Numbered from the stretch's first letter, positions 9,851 to 19,514 are shown. The stretch is 64,000 nucleotides of DNA from Verrucomicrobiota bacterium (GCA_033762115.1 JANRLX010000093.1:52320-116319); one strand, 5' to 3'. Notes: a model not told the origin generated them from the sequence alone. Translations and numbers: made by a program.

Positions 9851-11263
9851 TTAAATTTTCTTGAGGCGAGGCCCTTTCGGCGTGTCTTCAATGACCCAGC
9901 CTTTGGCCTTCAACTCATCGCGGATGGCATCGGACCGTTTAAAATCTTTGGCTTTTCGGGCAGTCTGCCGTTGCTCCAGCAAATCAATAAGTTCCTGAGG
10001 CACCTCTTCCGTTTCAGCCTTTTTGAGAATGGCAAAAACCGCATCAATCTGCTCCCATGTTGCCAGGGCATTCGCGGCGTCGTGTGGCAAAAACCTGCTC
10101 TCTGAGATCAGCCTGTTTGTGTCCCGTACCCACTCAAAAAGGGACCCCCAGGCCCCCGAAACGTTGAGATCATCATCCATCAATTCTGTGAATTGAGCCA
10201 TGACCTGAGGATTGGGAGTGCCCTTTTCTCCACCTGCCAGTTCCCGGAGCTTGAGCAGTTGCTCATCAATCCGATTAAGAGCTGTGCGCGCTCCATGCAA
10301 GCCTTCCAGTGTAAAATTAAAGGACTCCCGGTAATGGGCGGCGAGCAAAAGAAAACGCACTTCACGGCCCTGAAAACCTTTGGCAACCAGGTCGCGAAGA
10401 GTGAAGAAATTGCCGAGTGACTTGGCCATCTTTTTTCCTTCAACCAGAAGGTGCGCGACATGAGCCCAATACTTCACGAATTTTTCGCCCGGTTTCTGTA
10501 ATCCAGCACCCTCGCTCTGTGCAATTTCATCTTCATGATGCGGAAAGGCGAGATCCTCACCACCCAGATGCAAATCAAAACTGTTACCCAAAAGATCCAT
10601 GCTCATGGCGCTGCACTCAATATGCCAGCCTGGCCGTCCTTCTCCCCAGGGACTTGCCCATGAAATTTCCCCATCTTCCGGGACACGGGCCTTCCACAAA
10701 GCAAAATCCGCCACGCTTTCCTTTGCATACTCATCCGAACTGACTCGCTCACCCACGCGCATCTCCTCAAAATTCAGGTTCACCAGCTGCCCGTATTTGC
10801 AGCCGCAACCGATATACTTGCTGATGCTGAAGTAAACCGAGCCATCGCTGGCGCGGTAGGCAATGCCGCGTGCCATTAATTTTTCGATCAATGTGATGAT
10901 CTGGGGAATGAAATCGGTGGCATGTGGGAGGTCATGCGGTCGCTTGCAATTCAGGAGATCGAAATCCTCCAGAAAAGCCTTTTCATATTCTCCCGTGAAC
11001 TCTTTGAGCGGACGTCCGTTCTGGCGGACGGAGGCAATGATCTTGTCTTCCACATCAGTGATGTTCATGACGTGACGGACGTTGAACCCGCGGAATTCCA
11101 GGTAGCGCCGGAAGAGGTCACTGAAAACAAACGTCCGGAAATTGCCGATATGGGCAAAATTATGGACGGTGGGGCCGCAGCAGTACATGCTGACTTCATT
11201 CCCCTGCAACGGGCTGAACTCTTCCAAACGGCGCGTCAATGTGTTGAATATTGTGAAAGACAT
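9851..11263 (-). CDS. cysS: Cysteine--tRNA ligase
   Basis: YCCGPTV, HIGN, DFALWK, GRPGWHIECSAM, FPHHEDEIAQSE, KMAKS. Confidence 0.98.
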   Translation of the reverse strand: MSFTIFNTLTRRLEEFSPLQGNEVSMYCCGPTVHNFAHIGNFRTFVFSDLFRRYLEFRGFNVRHVMNITDVEDKIIASVRQNGRPLKEFTGEYEKAFLEDFDLLNCKRPHDLPHATDFIPQIITLIEKLMARGIAYRASDGSVYFSISKYIGCGCKYGQLVNLNFEEMRVGERVSSDEYAKESVADFALWKARVPEDGEISWASPWGEGRPGWHIECSAMSMDLLGNSFDLHLGGEDLAFPHHEDEIAQSEGAGLQKPGEKFVKYWAHVAHLLVEGKKMAKSLGNFFTLRDLVAKGFQGREVRFLLLAAHYRESFNFTLEGLHGARTALNRIDEQLLKLRELAGGEKGTPNPQVMAQFTELMDDDLNVSGAWGSLFEWVRDTNRLISESRFLPHDAANALATWEQIDAVFAILKKAETEEVPQELIDLLEQRQTARKAKDFKRSDAIRDELKAKGWVIEDTPKGPRLKKI

Positions 11264-11274
11264 TGCAAAGCAGA

Positions 11275-11304
11275 AGGGTATCGGCCTTCCCCAAGAAAAG
11301 GCAA
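11275..11304 (-). promoter_or_regulatory. Candidate cysS promoter
   Basis: TTGCCT-18 nt-TACCCT, 11 nt before the ATG. Confidence 0.5.
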
Positions 11305-11344
11305 CTGGGTTTGAAGCCTTGGATTCGATTAAGCTTTCCCAGGC

Positions 11345-11381
11345 AAAAAGAAAACCCCGTCAAGCGTGGTGCCTGGCGGGG
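11345..11381 (-). terminator. Intrinsic terminator after the phosphofructokinase gene
   Basis: Minus strand CCCCGCCAGGC-ACCAC-GCTTGACGGGG followed by TTTTCTTTTT. Confidence 0.75.
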
Positions 11382-11403
11382 ATAAAACGGTATGGGATTG
11401 GGA

Positions 11404-12663
11404 TTATCTTGGGGGCAAGGTTTTGTCCACCGGACTGCGATCCAAGATTGCGTAGCGCGGCAAGCCGCCATCCATCGGGATTTTTGGCTCTCCTTCAATC
11501 AATGGTCGGGCGTATTCGACGAATTTTTCGTTCGGCATGAAGCCATCTTCGCTAAGCCAGTCTCGCGGGAGGAGATGAACTGCATTGGCGATGTCGTTCA
11601 GGTCCTGCACGTCTGTGCTGAACTTTGTCCCGGACCGCACCAATTTGATCATGAAACCACTCTTGCCTTCAATTGCGGCACGAACGGCGGCTTCGCCACA
11701 CATGACTGCATTATCGATGTCAGTTTTGCTTGAAAAATGGGCGGCGCAGCGTTGCGCATAGCCAAGTTTCACAGTCCGGGTTTTGGTATTGAGCTTTCCC
11801 TGGACCAATTCAGCCAGACGATCTGCCGCTCCTGAAAGAACCGGGTGACCGAAGGCATCCAAACGGCTCTTGTCCGCCCCGATCTCTTCACCTTTTTCAT
11901 TTTTCAGCCCTTCGCCGACCACCACGATGCAATATTTATTCTGCGCAACGGTTTCTTTGACCTTGCTGAGAAACGCTTCTTCATTCAGCGCGATCTCCGG
12001 GACCAGGATAATGTGAGGTGGATCGTTCGGGGCGCGTTTTGCAAGTACTGTCCCGGCAGCGATCCAACCGGCTGTCCGGCCCATGACTTCGATAATGCAG
12101 CAGGAACCATCGTCTGTGGCCATTCCGCCGACATCGAGGCCAATTTCCATGACAGTGGTCGCATTATATTTAATCACGGAACCGAAGCCAGGGCAGTTGT
12201 CCGTATGAGGGAGGTCGTTATCGATGGTTTTTGGCACCCCGATGACGCGCATTTCATAATTGCGCTTGACCGCTTCCTGATGGATTTGGTTGGAGGTGTC
12301 CTGAGAATCATTGCCTCCGGCGTAAAAAAAGTATCGGATATTATGAGCTTCAAACACCTGGAAAAGGCGGTCCATATCTTTGGCCGCTTGCTCAGGTTTC
12401 TTTTTGAAATCGATTTTATAGCGGCAGGTGCCGAGGGCAGGGCCGGGAGTATATTTGAGCGCTTCAATTGAACGAGCTTTTTCATCGTTCAAATCGATCA
12501 TCTCCTCGTTCAGGATGCCGAGAATCCCGTTCAATCCGCCATAAATTTCCTCGATATTGCCGTGTTTTCCAGCTTCCTGGATCACCCCTGCGACACTGGC
12601 GTTGATCACAGCGGTAGGACCGCCCGACTGGGCCACCAACAAATTTCCAACTAATTCAGCCAT
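11404..12663 (-). CDS. pfp: 6-phosphofructokinase family, probably pyrophosphate-dependent
   Basis: QSGGPTAVINAS, GGNDS (Asp) and PKTIDND (Lys), which indicate PPi preference; EVMGR. Confidence 0.9.
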   Translation of the reverse strand: MAELVGNLLVAQSGGPTAVINASVAGVIQEAGKHGNIEEIYGGLNGILGILNEEMIDLNDEKARSIEALKYTPGPALGTCRYKIDFKKKPEQAAKDMDRLFQVFEAHNIRYFFYAGGNDSQDTSNQIHQEAVKRNYEMRVIGVPKTIDNDLPHTDNCPGFGSVIKYNATTVMEIGLDVGGMATDDGSCCIIEVMGRTAGWIAAGTVLAKRAPNDPPHIILVPEIALNEEAFLSKVKETVAQNKYCIVVVGEGLKNEKGEEIGADKSRLDAFGHPVLSGAADRLAELVQGKLNTKTRTVKLGYAQRCAAHFSSKTDIDNAVMCGEAAVRAAIEGKSGFMIKLVRSGTKFSTDVQDLNDIANAVHLLPRDWLSEDGFMPNEKFVEYARPLIEGEPKIPMDGGLPRYAILDRSPVDKTLPPR

Positions 12664-12770
12664 ATCAATATGTATTCAGGGCAGGACAGAACAAGACCTG
12701 CCATGCTGCATGCAATGAGCGGCAACCTTGCCAATCGACTTCTCGCGTGTCAAAGCGGAATTCGCCTAAA

Positions 12771-13565
12771 CTATTTCTGGCATTTTGGACACCAGGCAGT
12801 CGTTCTTCCCCCGATGGTATCCCTGACCAGAGGGGAACGGTGCTTCGGGCAATTCCCTTTTGTCTTCCATCGTTCATGGAAAAGCCAATCAGCAGGGAGA
12901 CTGTCGAGTGCTTTGGGAACCCTTTTCAATGCCTCGGCACAAACAAACAGGGTGAATTGAAAGATTTTGGATTGTTCCGCTGGAGTCAACTGACCTCCTT
13001 TGCGGTTCGGGTTGATCTTCGCCTGCCAAAGGATTTCATCTGCCATCCAGTTGCCCACCCCTGGAAAACCTTCCTGCAAGAGCAGTATGGATTTGATCGA
13101 TAGTTTGCCATGGCTTCCAACAAACTCCTTCATCGTTTTCAAGGTAAACCCAGAAGACCCAATCGCGGGTGCCAATCCGCTCCACCAGAGCGGCGCGTCA
13201 CTGCCCTGATCAAAACGGACTCGGCCAAACTGCCGCGGATCATTAAAAACGAGGGCCTGACCTTTTTGGAATAGAACCAGATGATCATGCTTCCCTGGGG
13301 TATAATCCCCCTTTTCTGAGGAAAGAGTCCCGGACATTCCAAGATGGATTCCCAACCATGAATCGTTGCCAAATTTGAAAAGCATTTGCTTTCCGCTTGC
13401 TTCTGAGCGGACAAGCTTTTTTCCAGGCAGCTGCTTCAGCATTCCCTCCGTATCGACGTCACGAAAAATCCGCTTTCCGGCGTTCAGGTGGACACGAAGA
13501 ACAGCTTTGCCTGTTCCGATATCCCAGCATCTCCGATAATATTCAACTTCACCCAGTTCAGGCAT
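12771..13565 (-). CDS. Fpg/Nei-family DNA glycosylase
   Basis: N-terminal M-PEL-x-[29 protein letters not shown] (H2TH), C-terminal CPKH...CPKCQ finger. Confidence 0.92.
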   Translation of the reverse strand: MPELGEVEYYRRCWDIGTGKAVLRVHLNAGKRIFRDVDTEGMLKQLPGKKLVRSEASGKQMLFKFGNDSWLGIHLGMSGTLSSEKGDYTPGKHDHLVLFQKGQALVFNDPRQFGRVRFDQGSDAPLWWSGLAPAIGSSGFTLKTMKEFVGSHGKLSIKSILLLQEGFPGVGNWMADEILWQAKINPNRKGGQLTPAEQSKIFQFTLFVCAEALKRVPKALDSLPADWLFHERWKTKGNCPKHRSPLVRDTIGGRTTAWCPKCQK

Positions 13566-13657
13566 GGAGAACAAGCTACCTAAACAACAGCTGTTACGGA
13601 AGAATTCGTGAGAAAGGTTTTTTGAAATGGGAAGCAACTGCCGCGATGGTTGAAGGT

Positions 13658-13687
13658 TTGACAGAATATATTGTTACGGTGCATTCT
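13658..13687 (+). promoter_or_regulatory. Candidate promoter of the pilin-like gene
   Basis: TTGACA-18 nt-CATTCT, 12 nt before ATG 13700. Confidence 0.55.
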
Positions 13688-13699
13688 CGATGGGTACCC

Positions 13700-14455
13700 A
13701 TGCGCAAGTTAAACGCCACAACGCGCAAAACCGATCCATCGCTTCGACGGTACGCATTTACGTTGATTGAGCTGCTGGTTGTGATTGCAATCATCGCGAC
13801 ACTCGCCTCTCTTCTATTACCTGCATTGGCAAAGGCCAAGACTCGGGCAAGAACCCTCAAATGCGCCAATAATCTGCGGCAGATCGGCCTGATGACTCAC
13901 ATCTATCTGGAAGAGCAGGAAAAAATCCCCACGTATATTTATTCTCCGGTGGGAAACAGATTTGTGGATATGGGGAAATCACCAGAAGAGTGGTTTAAAA
14001 CATGGTCTTCCAGTTCTCCGGGATATTTCTACACCGAGGGATCAATCTATCATTGTCCCGAACTCAAGCTGAAGTTTGTCAGGCGGCAATCCAATACCAC
14101 CCGTTATTGGATTCGCAGTTATGACGTCAATCAATTTGGGTATGGCCAATTTGCCAACCCCCATAAACAGCTTGGAATGGCTTCGTTTCATCATGAGGGA
14201 GTAATTAACCGGTTTAAGTTGAGTTCTGTGGTCGCCCCCTCATCGTTTATTGCCATTGGAGATGGCTATGACCTTGGCCCTTCACAGGATCGGATCAATG
14301 GACGTCATTCACGAAAGGCGAATATGGCCACACTCGATGGACAGGTTGAACTGGTCGCCACGAATAAATTGACTGATGATTCCGAGCCGATGCGTCGTCG
14401 ATGGAATTCCGATAACCAGCCGCATTTCGAAATTCGCCCCCCTTCGGGTTCATAA
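13700..14455 (+). CDS. Prepilin-type N-terminal cleavage/methylation protein with C-terminal H-X9-DG motif
   Basis: Basic leader then [54 protein letters not shown]. Confidence 0.9.
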   Translation: MRKLNATTRKTDPSLRRYAFTLIELLVVIAIIATLASLLLPALAKAKTRARTLKCANNLRQIGLMTHIYLEEQEKIPTYIYSPVGNRFVDMGKSPEEWFKTWSSSSPGYFYTEGSIYHCPELKLKFVRRQSNTTRYWIRSYDVNQFGYGQFANPHKQLGMASFHHEGVINRFKLSSVVAPSSFIAIGDGYDLGPSQDRINGRHSRKANMATLDGQVELVATNKLTDDSEPMRRRWNSDNQPHFEIRPPSGS

Positions 14456-14483
14456 GCACTCAAAAAGTGCGGTAACTCGCACC

Positions 14484-14519
14484 AAAGAAGAAGCCCTTCA
14501 CTGGTCGGTGAAGGGCTTC
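14484..14519 (-). terminator. Intrinsic terminator between convergent genes
   Basis: 12-bp perfect stem GAAGCCCTTCAC/GTGAAGGGCTTC (14490-14519) followed by TTCTTT on the minus strand. Confidence 0.8.
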
Positions 14520-14543
14520 ACGTGAATGCTGCTGCGAAAGGAA

Positions 14544-16610
14544 TTAGTCCATTCGAGCGCGATAAAATTTGTATGGGGAATTAAGCGTGTTAACCGTCAC
14601 CACAATATCTCCGTTGGGGGCGGTGGTAAACGGCACGTTCTCGGTCCAGTTCATCAGGTCAGTGCTTCCCTGCACTGTGATGGTTCCATTACCAGTTTTC
14701 GCGAGGCGGAACTCGATGGTGTTCGGACCAGTCCGGGTAATGGTTGTCCAGTTGAGGGTGCGTGGCTCGCCTCCACTATCCAGGTTCGCCTCAAACTCTG
14801 TCGTAATAATCACACTCGCCTGACCGAAACCATCAGGAATGGCTCCGATATCCGAGTCATTGCTCACGAAAAATGAAATGGAACCAGTGAAGTGGCCATT
14901 GGTTTTAAACGTGCCTGCGGGAATCACAATAGAGGTGTCTGTGTTGGTCAGAGTGATGCCATTGCAGAAGTCAGGCGCAGTAAAGGTGGTCCCTGTGTCG
15001 TCGGTAATGGTCAGGGAAATGCTCTTGTTCGTCGTCGGATTTACCAAAGCTTCCCAACGAAGAGTGAAATCGTTGCTGACATTCATGCCTGCCAGTTCCT
15101 GGAGGTTTAGCACACGAGGAACATTGGGAGTGCCATTGGCGGTAAAGGTTATTGTTGCGGTCTGGTTTCCTCCTGAACCGTTCACATTGAATACGTAATC
15201 TCCGGTTGGCACTGCCAGATCGAGCGCTGCCTGTGAAGGGTAGGAATGAAACGCCTGGAAGGCTCTGCCAAAGAAATTTGTCAGCGTCAGGTTTGTGCCT
15301 TGAGGGAAACTGACAGATACCTGGGAAGCGGTGCTGTTTGAAGAGGAGGTATAGCTTGCGAAAACCATCGCCCCATCATCAGTGTCGAAAACTGGCGCAG
15401 AATTGTTGGTCTGCAGGAAAGTCACGAATTTGCTGAGGAAATAAGTATTATAATTTCCATTGGTAAAGACTTGTCCGCCCCCTTCGCAAGGATTGTTGGT
15501 TGATCCTGTGCCACTGTTACCGGTTTGGAAAAATCCTGTAAAGTTCTCCAGTCTGTTACCTGCCAAATCTTTGAAATCGTTCGGTCCTTCCGGACTTGGA
15601 TTCAAAATGTAGGCAATAAAGGCATTTGGCGGAAAACCGGGAGTATAGTTAATGGTCAATTGGGTTCCATTATTCCCCCAGCTGTAAATAAAACCGTTGT
15701 TATCCTTAGGAGTGTTATTGAAAAGCCATTGGATCGACTGGGTAGGGAGCATGGCTTCGCTGAAAGTCAGCACAATCGGAGAGTTGGTGGGTACGTTAAA
15801 CGATTGATTGGCAGGATTCACTGAAACAACCTGCGGGGTTGATGTGGCGACAGTTAAGGGAACGGTGGTTTCAGCAAAATATCCCGCTGTTCCTATTGCG
15901 CCGGGATATTCGGTGGTATCGCGCTCGCTGATTTTCAGATAAGCAATCTTCGCGCTAAAATTAACTCCGCTGGAGAGTGTTCCCGCCGGGATGAGAAAGG
16001 AGGTAGCGGTGCCGTTCAATCCTTCGCCTGCTGCATCAGAGCCATAGATGCTCTCTCCATTGGCATCAAAAATTTCAATAAAAACCTCATCATTGGCGGT
16101 CCCGCCGCTCAAGGCATTCCAAGTCAGGGTAAAATCCTCGGAAGGATTGATTGCCTGGGCTGCATTAAAGTTCGAGAGATGTGGGGCGGAAGGAATTGCC
16201 CCCTGCAAATTCAATTGAGCTGCTGTGAAAATATCATTTTCGGAAGTGATGCTAAAGGTATAATTCCCATCACCAAATGAAGCATCCAGAGTGTTTTCGG
16301 TTGCAAAGGTTTGCACATACCTGAACTCCCCTGAAAAGAAATCAGATTCCAGAACCAGCGTCGCCCCTGCCGGAGTTCTCACGGTCACATCACCATCCTG
16401 AATTAAATCAAAATCACTGGGGGTGACGAATGCCTCAAAGTAAAAGGAGCTTTCGGTGGGGCTGGGTTGGGCGGTGCCTGTCTGCTCAAAAAACCTACCC
16501 TTTAAAACTTCATATACCTGAACATCTGCCGCCTCGACGGAACCTGTTGCAATGCATGTTGCGGCAGTGAAAAGTTGAAAGCACCGTTTTAAATCGTCAT
16601 TGAATTTCAT
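14544..16610 (-). CDS. Exported beta-rich protein: two homologous ~225-aa modules flanking an Ig-like (Big_5-type) domain, plus C-terminal 'FYRA' domain
   Basis: Signal-like N-terminus ending VEA-A; PQVVSVNPANQSFNVPTNSPIVLTFSEAM...KDLAGN Big_5 pattern; internal repeat DFTLTW/DFTLRW, IPAGTL/IPAGTF. Confidence 0.75.
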   Translation of the reverse strand: MKFNDDLKRCFQLFTAATCIATGSVEAADVQVYEVLKGRFFEQTGTAQPSPTESSFYFEAFVTPSDFDLIQDGDVTVRTPAGATLVLESDFFSGEFRYVQTFATENTLDASFGDGNYTFSITSENDIFTAAQLNLQGAIPSAPHLSNFNAAQAINPSEDFTLTWNALSGGTANDEVFIEIFDANGESIYGSDAAGEGLNGTATSFLIPAGTLSSGVNFSAKIAYLKISERDTTEYPGAIGTAGYFAETTVPLTVATSTPQVVSVNPANQSFNVPTNSPIVLTFSEAMLPTQSIQWLFNNTPKDNNGFIYSWGNNGTQLTINYTPGFPPNAFIAYILNPSPEGPNDFKDLAGNRLENFTGFFQTGNSGTGSTNNPCEGGGQVFTNGNYNTYFLSKFVTFLQTNNSAPVFDTDDGAMVFASYTSSSNSTASQVSVSFPQGTNLTLTNFFGRAFQAFHSYPSQAALDLAVPTGDYVFNVNGSGGNQTATITFTANGTPNVPRVLNLQELAGMNVSNDFTLRWEALVNPTTNKSISLTITDDTGTTFTAPDFCNGITLTNTDTSIVIPAGTFKTNGHFTGSISFFVSNDSDIGAIPDGFGQASVIITTEFEANLDSGGEPRTLNWTTITRTGPNTIEFRLAKTGNGTITVQGSTDLMNWTENVPFTTAPNGDIVVTVNTLNSPYKFYRARMD

Positions 16611-16714
16611 ATCCAGAAAAGAGTAGCCCTCTTTCACAAATTTTTTTCCAAGAGCCGTGCAAATCTGCCAGAATGTGAACTGATTATCCAGCCGAATTCA
16701 TTACCCATTTAGGA

Positions 16715-17923
16715 TTAAGGGTTTACCTGATCAGAAGGTGTTAAGGATTGAAGAATGGCCTGCAATTGCGAGCAAAGCAGATTTAGCTGCTCAGGTGTGT
16801 GCCCGGCTGAAAGAGTCACCCTTAAGCGAGCTGTGCCACGGGCAACGGTGGGAAATCGAATTGCGGGGATGAAAATACCTGCTTCCCGAAGCTGATTTGC
16901 CACACGGGTTGCCACACGCTCATCCCCAATGTGAATCGGAATAATTGCGGATTCTGGCGGAAGCTGTGAAATGCTGGCGAAATTGAGCGCAGCTTTAAAG
17001 GAATCAATATTCTGCCAAAGTTTTTTTCGGGATGCTTCGCCCTCCTCACTCTGGCAAAGATCAATCGCTGCTTTTGCGGCCGCTGCGGCTGCTGGCGAAG
17101 GGGCGGTCGTAAAAATAAAACTTCGGGCCTTATTGATGAGATAATTGATTAACGATTTGGAACCGCAGATATAGCCTCCTGCAGCACCAAGCGCCTTTCC
17201 CAGTGTGCCCATTTGAATTTCCACTGCATTCCCTAATCCAAGCTCCTGGACCAACCCTCTGCCTTGAGAGCCACGAACTCCGATCGCGTGGGCTTCATCC
17301 ACCATCAACCATGCTTTATGCTTCTGTTTCAATTCGACAATCCTGGTTAGTGGAGCAGAGTCACCATCCATCGAAAAAATTGATTCCGTGACAATCAGGA
17401 TATTTCCACTTCGTCCGGACGTGCGCGTTTTGGAAAGTTCCGTTTCCAAATCTTCCAATGAATTATGCTCAAAAGTTCGGAGTCGGGCGCGACTCAATCT
17501 GACTGCGTCCAGGACAGAGGCATGCACCAAACGATCCACCACGACAGTATCTTCAGGTCCGACCAAAGCGCTGATCGTCCCAAGGGCAGTGGCATAGCCG
17601 CTAGAAAATGTCAGGGCGGCTTCAGTGCGTTTGAAAATCGCCAGTGATTCTTCAAGCTGATGATGGGGAGCGAGCGAACCGGAAATCAGGCGCGAAGCGC
17701 CGGACCCTGTGCCATACTGTTTGATTGCGGCCAGGGCAGCTGATTTGACATGGGGATGGTTGGCCAAACCCAGGTAATCATTAGAAGAAAAATTCAGAAC
17801 GCATGACCCGTTGATGTTTAAAGAGGTTCCCTGGGGGGAGTCAATTTCCCGCAGGTTCCGGAGCAACGAAGCCGATTCCAGTTCCTGAAGTCGTTCCTGA
17901 AGCAGTTGATCCAAAGTTTTCAT
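16715..17923 (-). CDS. bioF: 8-amino-7-oxononanoate synthase (PLP alpha-oxoamine synthase family)
   Basis: FSSNDYLGL, GSGASRLISG, HAS, ESIFSMDGD, DEAH, GTLGKALG (PLP Lys), AIRFPTV. Confidence 0.85.
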   Translation of the reverse strand: MKTLDQLLQERLQELESASLLRNLREIDSPQGTSLNINGSCVLNFSSNDYLGLANHPHVKSAALAAIKQYGTGSGASRLISGSLAPHHQLEESLAIFKRTEAALTFSSGYATALGTISALVGPEDTVVVDRLVHASVLDAVRLSRARLRTFEHNSLEDLETELSKTRTSGRSGNILIVTESIFSMDGDSAPLTRIVELKQKHKAWLMVDEAHAIGVRGSQGRGLVQELGLGNAVEIQMGTLGKALGAAGGYICGSKSLINYLINKARSFIFTTAPSPAAAAAAKAAIDLCQSEEGEASRKKLWQNIDSFKAALNFASISQLPPESAIIPIHIGDERVATRVANQLREAGIFIPAIRFPTVARGTARLRVTLSAGHTPEQLNLLCSQLQAILQSLTPSDQVNP

Positions 17924-18612
17924 GGAAGCACCCGGCTATCGAGAGAAAAAAGTTGGCCGGAGATGTTTTCGGTTGTCGCGAGAAATGCGCCAAAACGCGC
18001 CACCTCCTCAAGCGAATTGCTGCGACCCAAAAGGTTCATCTGTATGAGCCGCGTTCTTTGAGCATCTGACAAAGAGGCGGTCATTTTTGTAAGAAGAAAA
18101 CCGGGACAGAGGGTATTGACGCGAATATTTCTGCCTGCAAGTTCTGAGGCGAGCGAAAGCGTCAGTCCATGCAGGGCGGCTTTGGATGCTGCATAGCTGC
18201 TTTGCCCTGCCGGGCCTTGGAAACCGGCGTAACTGCCGATATTCAGGATGTGTCCACCGTTTGAGAACAACGGAAGGGCAGCCTGGGCGCAGAGATAGGC
18301 TCCTTTGAGATTTACGGTCATGGTCCTGTCCCACTCATCAACAGGTAAACCCGCAACGAGATGGTCCGTTGCGATTCCGGCATTATTGATCAAAGCATCC
18401 AACCTGCTGATTTTGGAGGAAATATCGGAAAATAAATTGCGCGGGGAATCCTGTTGTTCCAGGTCCAAGTAAAACCAGGTTACCTTTTCCAGTCCTTTTG
18501 AATCAAAAGCTGTACGATAGGTGCCAAACACCTGCCATTGTTCGGCCGCAAATCTTTTTGCCAGAGCCAGGCCCAGGCCTGAACTGGCTCCTGTGATCAG
18601 GACGGTTTTCAA
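17920..18612 (-). CDS. SDR oxidoreductase, FabG-like
   Basis: TGASSGLG, NNAGI, GQSSYAASK (YxxxK), PGF; TTG start at 18612 overlaps the upstream stop. Confidence 0.88.
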   Translation of the reverse strand: MKTVLITGASSGLGLALAKRFAAEQWQVFGTYRTAFDSKGLEKVTWFYLDLEQQDSPRNLFSDISSKISRLDALINNAGIATDHLVAGLPVDEWDRTMTVNLKGAYLCAQAALPLFSNGGHILNIGSYAGFQGPAGQSSYAASKAALHGLTLSLASELAGRNIRVNTLCPGFLLTKMTASLSDAQRTRLIQMNLLGRSNSLEEVARFGAFLATTENISGQLFSLDSRVLP

Positions 18613-19514
18613 GCAATTGCCTGTTCCCTTTTTTTGCCCGCCGGGGCTGGTTTCCAGCGTCGATGAACCCAGAACCAATTTGCAGGATCCCGTCGTATAC
18701 CCTTTTCGAATGCCAGGTTTATATCCTGCGTTATCTGCTCGACAGAACGAACACCATTTTCATCTTTCAAGGGAATGGGCGGGCCTATTTCGACCCGCCA
18801 TCTGGCAAGACTCGTTCGATAGCATATGGCGGTGAAGAGTGGAGCGTTATAGCGAAGGGCCAGGACCGCAGGGGCTGAAGTGGTGGAACAATCCACACCA
18901 AAGAAAGGCCCCCGGATGCCGCCGTTTCCCGCATGCTGGTCAGATAACAAGCCAAGGAGCACTCCGCCAGAGGCCAGCTCCCTTTTCAATTCATTCGCCT
19001 GAGTGCGCCGTTCAAAAAAAAGACACCCGCTCTGCTCCCGCAACCATCGGAGCAGCCGATCTGCAAAGGGTGGTTTCAATCCCCGATAGGTGGTCGCTGC
19101 ACGGAAATTACCCGCGACGGTTGCTGCCCTGGCGTAAACTTCAAAATTTGCGAAATGTCCAATGGCGATGATCGCGTTAGAAGCGTCGGGATTTCTTTTT
19201 TGAAGCTGTTCAACCCCCAGCACTTCCAGGCGTGAAAATAATTTTTTTTCCGGCATGGAGGTCGTCTTGATCGCGCAGGCGTAGGCTTCTCCGATCCGGG
19301 AGAGATTCTCTCGGGCGATGGCATGAATCTCTTCGGTTGAATGGGTCGTGCCAAACACGCGTGTGAGATTATCAATCGCAATTTGCCTGTGTTTTCGAAA
19401 TAAAAGAAAGGTGAGATGGCCGCCCAGCCTGCCTATTCTTGCGACCCAGGTCAGCGGTAGCAACTGGAAGCCTTGCAGAAAAAATTTTCCGAGTTGAAAT
19501 AGCAGGTTCTGCAT
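18609..19514 (-). CDS. LpxL/HtrB-family lipid A (lysophospholipid) acyltransferase
   Basis: IAIDNL, GHFANFE, LLSDQ, FFG, IRRDPANWFWVHRRWK. Confidence 0.9.
   Translation of the reverse strand: MQNLLFQLGKFFLQGFQLLPLTWVARIGRLGGHLTFLLFRKHRQIAIDNLTRVFGTTHSTEEIHAIARENLSRIGEAYACAIKTTSMPEKKLFSRLEVLGVEQLQKRNPDASNAIIAIGHFANFEVYARAATVAGNFRAATTYRGLKPPFADRLLRWLREQSGCLFFERRTQANELKRELASGGVLLGLLSDQHAGNGGIRGPFFGVDCSTTSAPAVLALRYNAPLFTAICYRTSLARWRVEIGPPIPLKDENGVRSVEQITQDINLAFEKGIRRDPANWFWVHRRWKPAPAGKKREQAIA

Noticed and set aside
11845..12471. Long antisense ORFs (also 30220-30900, 48604-49266, 41941-42615 and others)
   Set aside because: Shadow frames of well-supported genes with no recognisable motifs.
13397..13699. 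Long N-terminal extension of the pilin-like ORF
   Set aside because: Overlaps the Fpg-like gene on the other strand; promoter and prepilin leader support ATG 13700.
16715..17923. Firm call as serine palmitoyltransferase
   Set aside because: Motifs match BioF better; kept only as a hypothesis in the findings.
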